DNA of 64,000 bases, from positions 6,977-70,976 of the forward strand of contig CAYWVO010000014.1 of assembly GCA_964461835.1 (NCBI GenBank). The letters run 5' to 3'. Made by a program: the position numbers and the translations under genes. Of the stretch, positions 19,281 to 28,113 are shown piece after piece (position 1 is the first letter of the stretch; the number at the start of each line of letters is the position of its first letter). The notes under the pieces were generated by a model that saw only the letters and a program-made list of their open reading frames with translations, made no database searches and was not told the origin of the DNA. Origin of the DNA: an uncultured Ignavibacteria bacterium (lineage in GTDB: Bacteria > Zixibacteria > MSB-5A5 > WJJR01 > JAJRUJ01).

Positions 19281-20570
19281 TTACTGCGACGTCGGCAGTT
19301 CAATAACGAATTCCGTTCGTTCCCCCGGAATACTCTCTGCAATGTAGATACGTCCGTTATGGTATTCTGCAACAATGCGACGTGACAACGTTAATCCGAG
19401 ACCCCAGCCGCGCTTCTTGGACGTCTGACCCGGACTGAACACTTTCTTAGAGATATTGGCGGGTATCCCGCGTCCGTTATCCACCACGCGGATAATTGCC
19501 AGGCCATTTTCTTCGTCATGTTCAAGGCTGACATCGATTTGTCCCGTGCGCGAGTCGACCGCTTCCAGAGAGTTTTTAATGAGGTTTTCCAAGACCCAAC
19601 TGATCAATTCGGCATTGGCCACCGCCGTCACCGGGGTATCCGCCCGAACAGTTAATTTTGCGCCCTTACCCCGGAACGGCAGTCGCGCCCTAAAATATTC
19701 AGCAGTAGAGAGAATGATCTCACGGAGGTCCACTGCTTCGCGATGCGGTTCCGACCCAATCAAGCCAAACCGGTTGGCCACTTGTTCTAACCGCTTGGTA
19801 TCAGTAAACATACGATTTAGAATCTGGTCGATTGAGGCACCGTTATTCGCCTCCATCGAAATTTTTCCACTGCGGTTGCGTTCACGCATAATTTCCAGCC
19901 ACCCCAGCAGCGACGACAAAGGCGTTCCTAATTGATGGGCGGTTTCCTTGGCCATTCCGACCCAGATATATCGCTGTTCGGCTTGCTTAAGATTGCGAAA
20001 ACCGAAATACGCGATCGCCAGGAAGAGGACAACCAGGCCAACCTCCACAAACGGTAACAGTTGCAGGTTGCGAATCAGGCGGTAATTCCCGTAATGGATA
20101 TAGTGCAGTACCTCACCCGCGTAGGTAATTGGAACCGGAGGGTAATGGTCATCCATCGATCTGACAATCCGCCGGACTTTCTCGACCGTTTCCGGATCCC
20201 GCTGGATGTCGGAATCCGGCACTCCTTCCAGTTCACGCCAGTGGAGCGGATTGTTCTGCGGATCGGTCACCACCAGGGGAAACGACCGCTTCTGGATGAT
20301 CTCCTCGAACAGAAAGCCCGTGATGGCTTCCGATTGCGATTCCACCGCCCGCCGCCACTGGTCGGCGTAGTTCATGGCCATCCGCTGTTCGGCGCGCTTA
20401 AGCTGGGTAACGACTGTCTGGGTATACCACGCCAGCACGGCCGCAATAACCGCGACACCAAAGATCAAGAATCCCTTGAAAATCAGCGGTAGGCCGGTGT
20501 ACCCCGTGGGATCGTGGAAAATCATCCAACCGCGATGGCGATGGCTCTTTTGTGACATATCTCTTTGCAC
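19281..20570 (-). CDS. porY: Sensor histidine kinase, PorY-like.
   Basis: Two N-terminal TM helices; H-box ETAHQLGTPLSSLLGWLEIM; G boxes DNGRGIP and GWGLGL. It sits immediately upstream of porX. Confidence 0.75.
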   Translation of the reverse strand: MQRDMSQKSHRHRGWMIFHDPTGYTGLPLIFKGFLIFGVAVIAAVLAWYTQTVVTQLKRAEQRMAMNYADQWRRAVESQSEAITGFLFEEIIQKRSFPLVVTDPQNNPLHWRELEGVPDSDIQRDPETVEKVRRIVRSMDDHYPPVPITYAGEVLHYIHYGNYRLIRNLQLLPFVEVGLVVLFLAIAYFGFRNLKQAEQRYIWVGMAKETAHQLGTPLSSLLGWLEIMRERNRSGKISMEANNGASIDQILNRMFTDTKRLEQVANRFGLIGSEPHREAVDLREIILSTAEYFRARLPFRGKGAKLTVRADTPVTAVANAELISWVLENLIKNSLEAVDSRTGQIDVSLEHDEENGLAIIRVVDNGRGIPANISKKVFSPGQTSKKRGWGLGLTLSRRIVAEYHNGRIYIAESIPGERTEFVIELPTSQ

Positions 20571-20593
20571 ATCGGCGTCACGGGGAGCGCCGT

Positions 20594-21862
20594 TTAGCCG
20601 ATTTCTTCTTCACCACCGACGTAGGGGCGGAGTTTCTCCGGGATGCGTACCGTACCCCGTTCGGTTTGATGGTTTTCGATTAAGGCGATCATGGTGCGCG
20701 GCAAGGCAAGACCGGAACCGTTGAGCGTGTGCGGAAACTGCGGTTTTCCCTTGGGGGCCGGTCGAAACCGCAAATTCATCCGGCGGGCCTGGAAATCAAG
20801 GAAATTCGAGCAGGAAGATACCTCGAGGTAATTTTCCATCCCAGCTGCCCAGACCTCCAGGTCGTAACATTTCGCGGCGGCAAAGGAGAGATCACCGGTG
20901 GCCAATACTCGCACCCGGTACGGCAACTCCAGGGACTGCAAAATATCTTCAGCGTCGGCGGTGAGTGATTCTAATTCGTCATACGACTGTTCCGGCGGCA
21001 CGATTTTGACCAGTTCTACTTTGTCGAATTGATGTACCCGAATCATGCCCCGGGTATCTTTGCCGTGTGCACCCGCCTCCCGGCGAAAACATGGGGTGTA
21101 GGCCACATAGTTGATCGGCAGGTGTTCGGCTTTCAATAATTCACGCGCATGCAGGTTGGTGACCGGAACTTCGGCGGTGGGGATCAGATACAAGTCATCA
21201 CCGGTGAGGTGATACATATCCTCCGCCAGTTTCGGGAGTTGTCCGGTGCCGGTCATGGTTTCCGAGGTCACCAGATACGGCACCCGCAGTTCGGTATACC
21301 CGTGGGCGACATGTCGATCGATCATAAAATTGATCAGCGCGCGTTGGAGCCGGGCGCCCCGCCCGGTTAGGGCAAAAAACCCGGTGCCGGAAACTTTCGC
21401 GCCGCGGGCGAGGTCCAAGATCCCCAGTTTTTCTCCCAACTCCCAGTGCGGCGCGGGCTTGAAGGAAGACTCGGGCATTTTGCCGTAGCTACGGATGTCT
21501 ACATTACAGGATTCATCTCCCACGGGCACCGAGCTATCCGGAATGTTGGGCACCCAGAGCAGTCTTTCGTGGAGCTCCTGTTCAATTCCCCGGCGCTGTT
21601 CATCAATGTCGCTGATTTTTTGAGAGACTGATTTCATCGCGGCAATCTGCTCAGACGCATTTTCCCCAGCTTTTTTCTTTTTGGCAATTTCGGCCGAGGC
21701 GGTATTCAGCTGTTGTTTCAGTTGGTCGCCCTCGGCGATATTCGCGCGGCGCTGCTGATCGAGCTGCAGAATGCCGTCAAGATCAATAGCTGTATTTTTC
21801 CGTTCGGCGGCGGTTTGCACCAAGTCAGGATTTTGACGAATGAATTTTATATCCAGCATCAA
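20594..21862 (-). CDS. serS: Seryl-tRNA synthetase.
   Basis: 422 aa; N-terminal coiled-coil plus class II core; MLDIKFIRQNPDLV start region. Confidence 0.92.
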   Translation of the reverse strand: MMLDIKFIRQNPDLVQTAAERKNTAIDLDGILQLDQQRRANIAEGDQLKQQLNTASAEIAKKKKAGENASEQIAAMKSVSQKISDIDEQRRGIEQELHERLLWVPNIPDSSVPVGDESCNVDIRSYGKMPESSFKPAPHWELGEKLGILDLARGAKVSGTGFFALTGRGARLQRALINFMIDRHVAHGYTELRVPYLVTSETMTGTGQLPKLAEDMYHLTGDDLYLIPTAEVPVTNLHARELLKAEHLPINYVAYTPCFRREAGAHGKDTRGMIRVHQFDKVELVKIVPPEQSYDELESLTADAEDILQSLELPYRVRVLATGDLSFAAAKCYDLEVWAAGMENYLEVSSCSNFLDFQARRMNLRFRPAPKGKPQFPHTLNGSGLALPRTMIALIENHQTERGTVRIPEKLRPYVGGEEEIG

Positions 21863-21918
21863 TGCCTCGATAATCTGCTCATCTTATACGGATTTTTCCG
21901 TGGATGATTATTCCCGGT

Positions 21919-24255
21919 TCACTTTTGCCGGGAGTCCTGCTCACTCGGTTCGTACATCGGCGGATCGGCCATACTGTAGGTCGGCACGAGTTCGGCCAGG
22001 GCGCGACGCGTAGTGGCGCGGTCCCCGGTCCGTGCGACATCCAGCAAATGTCCCACTTGCTCGCCAAAATCCGACTCCAGCGGTTGATTATCCGGAGCGA
22101 TCATGATCTTGGGGTGCTCGGATGGTTTTCCGCGGGCGCCATTTTCAAACAGGGATTCACTCAGTTTCTCTCCGGCGCGCAGCCCGGTGATTTTGATTTC
22201 GATATCGACACCGGGGGTTAGACCGGAGAGGGCAACCAGATCGGTAGCCAAATCGTAAATGCGCACCGGTTCACCCATATCGAGGACCATGATATCGCCA
22301 GTGTGCCCGATCGCGGCCGCCTGCACGACCAGCAGTGAGGCTTCAGTGCAAGTCATGAAATACCGGGTGACTTCGGGATGTGTAACCGTGACCGGTCCGC
22401 CGGCGGCGATCTGCCGTTTAAACAGCGGTACCACGGAACCCTCGCTCCCCAAAACGTTGCCAAATCGGACCGCTACTACTTTGGTCGAGGAGGCTACGGC
22501 ATAAAACTGCCCCAACATTTCCGCCACCCGCTTCGTGGCCCCCATCACACTGCGTGGGAAAACCGCCTTATCAGTGGAAATCAGCACGAACGCTTGTACA
22601 CCAACGCGCTTGGCCCAGTCCAATAGCAACAACGAACCGCCAATATTGTTCAACACGGCCGCATCGGGGTGTGTTTCCATCAGCGGGACTTGTTTGAAGG
22701 CCGCGGCATGGAATATGATATCCGGCGGGGTTCGCGCGAAGAGTCGTTCGAATCGCGCGCCATCGGTGACATCCGCCACCATAATGCGAAACGGTAAGGT
22801 CGGATATTCTCGCCGCAGTTCATCGGCCAGATCATGCAGGCCGTTTTCCGAGCGATCTACCAAGTCCACCCGGGACGGTGAGAAACGGATCATTTGGCGG
22901 GCCAGTTCCGAGCCAATTGATCCGGCCGCGCCGGTGATCATCACTGCCCGATGTTGCATAAATTCAGATATTTTCGGCGTATCCAGGACCACCGCATCGC
23001 GACGCAGCAAGTCCTCCACCCGCACATCACGCAATTGGTTGACGCTCACGCGGCCATCGATCAACTCTTTCAAGACCGGAACCGTCTTGAATTCCACGCC
23101 GGTCTCCCGGCATTTAGTCACAATCCGTCGCATCTGGGAACCGGTGGCCGAGGGGATTGCAAGCAGAACCTGGTCAACACGATACTGCCGAACGACCGCC
23201 GGCAATTCATCAGTATTGCCCAGCACCGGGACACCATGCAAACTTGTACCCCGCTTAGCGGGATCGTCATCAATGATCCCGACGGGCTGCTGACTGACCG
23301 CCGTGTCCTTCTTTAATTCGCGGACAATCATTTCCCCCGCATCCCCGGCGCCCACCACGAGTACACGCCTGCCCGGATGTAACAGGCGCGGGCTGAATTC
23401 CCGCAATAGTCGGATCACGAACCGGGAGCCACCCAAAAAGACGATCAGCAGGAACCACTCAATGATAAACACCGAGCGCGGATAGCCCGGTACATGGGCA
23501 AAAAAGACCGGCAACACCAGCACCGCCGAGCCGACCGAAACCGCTTTCACGATAGAAACCAGGTCGTTAATTGAGGCATAGCGCCACATACCGCTGTAGA
23601 GTCGGAAATACAGCAGTGCCGCCGTGCGGATGATAATCACCAGCGGTAATGTATTGATAAATAACGCCATCTGCTCCGCCGGGATGTTACCGTCGAATCG
23701 CAACCAGAAAGCCAGAAAATACGCCGTGATAATCAAGGCCAGGTCGGTGATCAAAATCAGGAGTCGCCGGCGATAGGTGCCCTCCCAAGCACCGGTTTCC
23801 GGACCCGGCACGGGATCGAGGCGACGATACACCCACCAGCGCGGAACGCCCAAGAGCAACACGAGCGCCGCCCAGTATCCCAACAGGACACCGCGGGTGG
23901 TGGTGACCGGCTCGACCGGATCGAACGTCAATACCGCAATCGCCAATGTCCCGAACGTCACGGCATTAAAGACCCGGGTGAACTGTCGGAAAGGTGTGGT
24001 CACGGTGCGATGACGATAGACGCCGAACAGCGCCAGCAGGATCACCCAGCCCACGGTCAGGTAAAGTGCCGGGACACCATAATCCGCCAATTGAATTTCC
24101 ACGCTGGGCGGACTGAACCACGGTGAGCGGTAGCGAATCCAATAGACCCCGGCGAGAGCAACCTGAAATACAGCCACATCCCAGAGAACCCACCACCACA
24201 TCTGATTCGCGGATAGTCTTCTCACGTTGCGCTTGTCCATCTCGTTCCCTGCCAC
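21919..24255 (-). CDS. Membrane-anchored NDP-sugar 4,6-dehydratase/epimerase of the PglF/WbpM/CapD family.
   Basis: Multi-TM N-terminal half; Rossmann VMITGAAGSIGSEL; extended SDR catalytic region. 778 aa, so longer than typical; the true start may be internal. Confidence 0.8.
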   Translation of the reverse strand: MAGNEMDKRNVRRLSANQMWWWVLWDVAVFQVALAGVYWIRYRSPWFSPPSVEIQLADYGVPALYLTVGWVILLALFGVYRHRTVTTPFRQFTRVFNAVTFGTLAIAVLTFDPVEPVTTTRGVLLGYWAALVLLLGVPRWWVYRRLDPVPGPETGAWEGTYRRRLLILITDLALIITAYFLAFWLRFDGNIPAEQMALFINTLPLVIIIRTAALLYFRLYSGMWRYASINDLVSIVKAVSVGSAVLVLPVFFAHVPGYPRSVFIIEWFLLIVFLGGSRFVIRLLREFSPRLLHPGRRVLVVGAGDAGEMIVRELKKDTAVSQQPVGIIDDDPAKRGTSLHGVPVLGNTDELPAVVRQYRVDQVLLAIPSATGSQMRRIVTKCRETGVEFKTVPVLKELIDGRVSVNQLRDVRVEDLLRRDAVVLDTPKISEFMQHRAVMITGAAGSIGSELARQMIRFSPSRVDLVDRSENGLHDLADELRREYPTLPFRIMVADVTDGARFERLFARTPPDIIFHAAAFKQVPLMETHPDAAVLNNIGGSLLLLDWAKRVGVQAFVLISTDKAVFPRSVMGATKRVAEMLGQFYAVASSTKVVAVRFGNVLGSEGSVVPLFKRQIAAGGPVTVTHPEVTRYFMTCTEASLLVVQAAAIGHTGDIMVLDMGEPVRIYDLATDLVALSGLTPGVDIEIKITGLRAGEKLSESLFENGARGKPSEHPKIMIAPDNQPLESDFGEQVGHLLDVARTGDRATTRRALAELVPTYSMADPPMYEPSEQDSRQK

Positions 24256-24383
24256 GACCTTTTGCGGTCAATCCTGCATTATACGTCTATTTGCCATGTT
24301 GACACAAGTGTAGTAACAGCCCAAGGAGAATACTACCTGTGATTTGCCTGGCAGCCGGCCGGGGTCTTACTCTGGCCATTGGG

Positions 24384-25802
24384 TCATGATCGGGCAGTCG
24401 TAGTCGTCGCCCCTTCGGGCAGTGTTTCCAGCACATCCGATCGTTCGGTCATTGCGCGGGCCACCTCTGCCGTGATCAGCCCGCGTTTGGCCAATTGTCG
24501 CAAAGACACATCAAACCCGTGCATACCTGCCGCGCTCCCTGTTTGAATCAAGGTCGGCAGTTGACTTAATCGCATATCCCGAATGACAGCGCGGACCGCC
24601 GGTGTGCCGATCAGAACTTCGGTCGCGACTGCCAACCCGGCGTTATCAGCCCGCGGCAGCAGCCGCTGGCAGACGATCCCGCGCAGGCCGCCGGCAAGCT
24701 GCACCGCTGCTTCCTGACGCTGGTCCGGGGGATATAAACCCAAGATGCGGTGGATGGTTTGCGTGGTATTTGAGGTATGCAGGCTGGTGAGAACGAGGTG
24801 TCCGGTCTCGGCGGCATTGAGCGCCACGGAAAGCGTTTGCCGATCACGGATTTCGCCGATGAATATCACATCCGGGTCCTGCCGCAGCAGGTTCTTTAAA
24901 CCTAAGCTGAAAGACCGGGTATCCCGGCCAACTTCCCGTTGCTTGACCACGGAGCGCTTGCCGGGATGAATAAATTCAATCGGATCTTCCAGGGTAATAA
25001 TGACTTTGCGAAACTCGGCATTAATCAAGTCAATCATGGCCGCCAGCGTCGTACTCTTGCCTACCCCGGTCGGTCCGGCAACGATCACTAATCCATCCGG
25101 CAACCGTGCCAAATCATTGACCACCGGCGGTAATCCCAAACGTTCCAGCGATTTCACCTCCAAATCAATCGCCCGATACGTTGCTTCCACTACTCCCTGC
25201 TGGAAATGCACATTCACCCGCCAGCGACCGATATCCGGAATCGTCAAGGCGAAATTGGCCTCCCGCATCAATTCGAACTGTCGTACCTGCTCGGCATCCA
25301 TAACCGAGTAAACGAGCCGTTTAATCTGATCGGCAGAGAGTACCTTGGTTCCCTGGGGAAACAACTCTTTCTGGATCCGAAACAGCGGCGGTCGCCCAAC
25401 GGAGAGGTGCAAATCGGACGCCTCCTTATCCAGCATGCTGGATAAGAGATTGATAATATCAATTGACGAGATATGCTGACGTAATTTCGCCCGGGTATTC
25501 TCATCCAGTACATCGAATTGGACACCGACAAAATACCCCTCCTCACCACGTTCGGTGATGTGTACCACCCGTGCTTCAAACTCCAGTACCATCTGCGGAT
25601 GTGGAATCGGCAAGGTGAAGTTTAATTCGCTGCCGATGGGCAATCGTTCTGCGGTGAAGAACCGCATGCCGCTGAATGAGATATCCTTGGTGTACCCACG
25701 AATATCCCTGGTCTGGCTTTTTAGACGGTAGGTCAGGGCATAGTCGGTTTGGATACGGCGTTCCGTACGTCGTTCCTCACCACAAAAATCTGGGGATACC
25801 AT
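24384..25802 (-). CDS. pilT: Twitching-motility ATPase PilT with an N-terminal PilZ (c-di-GMP-binding) domain.
   Basis: PilZ motifs RRTERR and DISFSGMRF in the first ~110 aa. PilT/PilU core follows, with Walker A GPTGVGKST. ATG 25802 preceded by GGAGGA; the ORF is open to TTG 25835. Confidence 0.85.
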   Translation of the reverse strand: MVSPDFCGEERRTERRIQTDYALTYRLKSQTRDIRGYTKDISFSGMRFFTAERLPIGSELNFTLPIPHPQMVLEFEARVVHITERGEEGYFVGVQFDVLDENTRAKLRQHISSIDIINLLSSMLDKEASDLHLSVGRPPLFRIQKELFPQGTKVLSADQIKRLVYSVMDAEQVRQFELMREANFALTIPDIGRWRVNVHFQQGVVEATYRAIDLEVKSLERLGLPPVVNDLARLPDGLVIVAGPTGVGKSTTLAAMIDLINAEFRKVIITLEDPIEFIHPGKRSVVKQREVGRDTRSFSLGLKNLLRQDPDVIFIGEIRDRQTLSVALNAAETGHLVLTSLHTSNTTQTIHRILGLYPPDQRQEAAVQLAGGLRGIVCQRLLPRADNAGLAVATEVLIGTPAVRAVIRDMRLSQLPTLIQTGSAAGMHGFDVSLRQLAKRGLITAEVARAMTERSDVLETLPEGATTTTARS

Positions 25803-25905
25803 GCAATCCTCCGGTTGCTTCGCGAAAACGGACAAACCTCAGGACCGGATCGGTCCTGCTCTCAGTATCGGCTGTCGACACGAAATGATTCAATCACCAA
25901 CGAAG

Positions 25906-26334
25906 CTAATTGGTGGATTGCAGCAGGTAAATACCCGCGAGCGCCAGCACAATGCCCAGCGAACGTTTGAGGGTGACCGGTTCCCGGAACACGATAAACC
26001 CAAGCAGTGCCATAAGCGCAAAACACCCGAGCCAGACGACCGGCCCGACAAGAGTCATATCCGGTTGCCGCCGAAAAGCGGTAAAATAGAGCACGGTGCC
26101 AATCGCGATACACACGCCACCGAGAAGGCTATAGATCAACCCGGGAACGGTGGTTTGCACCACAGCGCCGCCGCGATACAAAAGCAGAATCAACAACAAC
26201 CCGACAAACGCACTCCCCTCCAGCACCGCACCACCCAAGGCATCCCCGATGCGCCCGGCAGCCAGGCGGACAAAGACATTGTACAGGCCGAAAAAGACCG
26301 CGGTTAACAGTGCCGGTCCGAACCAGGTTTTCAT
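25906..26334 (-). CDS. Small EamA/DMT-family membrane protein (4 TM).
   Basis: Hydrophobic 4-helix protein. ATG 26334 with AAGGGGG RBS; the ORF is open to 26409. Confidence 0.6.
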   Translation of the reverse strand: MKTWFGPALLTAVFFGLYNVFVRLAAGRIGDALGGAVLEGSAFVGLLLILLLYRGGAVVQTTVPGLIYSLLGGVCIAIGTVLYFTAFRRQPDMTLVGPVVWLGCFALMALLGFIVFREPVTLKRSLGIVLALAGIYLLQSTN

Positions 26335-26356
26335 CGGGGCCCCCTTTCTGAGTATT

Positions 26357-27376
26357 TCACGACGACTGTTGTGTGAACAAGTCATACGTTGTTCCGGCGC
26401 CGGCGGCACACCCCGTTCGGATATCTACCGGCTTCTTACCGACCAGATGAAAGGCATTCAGGCCGCGCCTGCGGAGTTCCTGGGCGAACTCCGGGAATCC
26501 GTGGTGGGTGATCACCGTCTGTGCCCCGGTTGCCTCGACAAAGGCCAGCAATTGGGTATAGTCCGCATGATCTGATAATGGTACCATTGCCTCCGCGCGC
26601 GAGCGGTGATTGCGGTTGTGACCATCAAGTGCCCAGCCGCTGAGGAAGATGCGGTACGGGTTACTAATTTGCTGCCACTCACGATAGCCCCGTCCCGGGG
26701 GTATCACCACGACTTTGTCACGCAGATTATCGCCATTAAATCGTTCGATGCCGCTGAGTGAGATACCAAACTGCTCGTAAATCCGGCACATGGCATACAC
26801 GTTTCGCTGACAGGCGAAGGCGAATCCTTCCCCGTCGAGCAAGGCAATCGCCTCCTGCGCCTTCCCCAAAGCATAGGCCAACAATACGGGGGTAAAACCA
26901 CGGACCAATACGCGCTTGATCAACGTCACCAGATTAGCCACCACGATTTCGGTGGGTGGGAATTGATACGCCGGTTGCCCGTACGTTGTCTCCAGAATTA
27001 ACACATCGCACGCCGGTGTCGCTGCGGGCGGTGAACTTTTTCCACCTGCGGGCTTCAAGTCGCCGCTGAAAAGAATTCGTGACCCACCGACCCGCATCAG
27101 GATTTGCGCTCCCCCGAGCACATGGCCGGAAGGATGAAGTTCCAGATCGGTACCTGCGAACGTCGTACTGACTCCATAGGGCAGTTCCGTGAATTCTCCA
27201 CCACGAAATCGCCGGCGTGCCAGAGCCGCAGTTGGTGCGGTACACAGCGTTTTCTGGTGATGGGCACAATGGTCGGCATGCGCGTGGGAGGCAAAGGCAC
27301 AGGCCACCGGCCGGGAGGCGTCCAGAACAAATGGCACGCCTTCGAGATGAATCCCGTTGTGATTTTTAATTAACAT
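26357..27376 (-). CDS. MBL-fold metallo-hydrolase of the beta-CASP type (ligase-associated DNA-damage-response exonuclease-like).
   Basis: HAHADH metal motif; later SDHAD and THHG motifs typical of beta-CASP nucleases. Start uncertain, in the range 27376-27445. Confidence 0.65.
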   Translation of the reverse strand: MLIKNHNGIHLEGVPFVLDASRPVACAFASHAHADHCAHHQKTLCTAPTAALARRRFRGGEFTELPYGVSTTFAGTDLELHPSGHVLGGAQILMRVGGSRILFSGDLKPAGGKSSPPAATPACDVLILETTYGQPAYQFPPTEIVVANLVTLIKRVLVRGFTPVLLAYALGKAQEAIALLDGEGFAFACQRNVYAMCRIYEQFGISLSGIERFNGDNLRDKVVVIPPGRGYREWQQISNPYRIFLSGWALDGHNRNHRSRAEAMVPLSDHADYTQLLAFVEATGAQTVITHHGFPEFAQELRRRGLNAFHLVGKKPVDIRTGCAAGAGTTYDLFTQQSS

Positions 27377-27576
27377 CAGAATCGTCGCCGTAGAATGTAC
27401 CCAACAGCCCATACGCTGCCGATGAAAAATCCACAATATCGGCAACTCAGCTCCGGCAATCCCGGCCGCTCCGAACGGCCGCCGCGGCGCCGGGTTTTTC
27501 CGGCCAAAGACAACAAACGAATCAGCGTTGTCAGCTTCATGCCGACATCAAGGATGCAACCAATAAGTACAGCTGA

Positions 27577-28095
27577 TTAACTCTTATAACCAATGGTGCG
27601 CAGGAATTTTTTGCGATCCTCGATATCCTCCACTTTCTCCACGCCCACCGGGGTCAGGCCGTCCACGACCCCCAGCACCGCGCGGCCCAGTTCGGTTTCA
27701 GTGACAATGACCTCAACCGGATTCGCTGTCGCACAGAAAATCCGGCACACCTCCGGGCAATCTTTCACGGCATTGAGGATATTGATCGGAAACCCTTCTT
27801 TCAGCACGATGAGAAAGGCGTGTCCCGCAGCAATGCGTTCAATGTTCTTAATCGCCACCTCAGCTGCTTCGGAATCATTGCCCGCGTGCCGGACGAGCCG
27901 ATGTTGGGATGCTTCGGAAAAGGCCAAGCCGAATTTTATCGCGGTCGATCCGGACACCAGGATTTCGTACAAATCCTCGACGGTCTTGATGAAATGCGCG
28001 TGCCCAAAAATGATATTCCAACCGTCAGGAAACTCCAACCGAACGTTTTGTAAGTCCATGGGGTACTCCACGTATTGTGCCCCGATTCGAACCAT
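27577..28095 (-). CDS. Small conserved protein, possibly of the adenosine-specific-kinase family (PF04008-like).
   Basis: 172 aa. Recalled similarity to small archaeal/bacterial proteins of that family; low certainty. Confidence 0.35.
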   Translation of the reverse strand: MVRIGAQYVEYPMDLQNVRLEFPDGWNIIFGHAHFIKTVEDLYEILVSGSTAIKFGLAFSEASQHRLVRHAGNDSEAAEVAIKNIERIAAGHAFLIVLKEGFPINILNAVKDCPEVCRIFCATANPVEVIVTETELGRAVLGVVDGLTPVGVEKVEDIEDRKKFLRTIGYKS

Positions 28096-28113
28096 GCCGA
28101 ATGTGGGCAGGTC

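Noticed and set aside
22535-23293. 252-aa plus-strand ORF inside the PglF/WbpM-like gene.
   Set aside because: Antisense shadow ORF of a well-supported minus-strand gene; Ser/Arg-rich nonsense composition.
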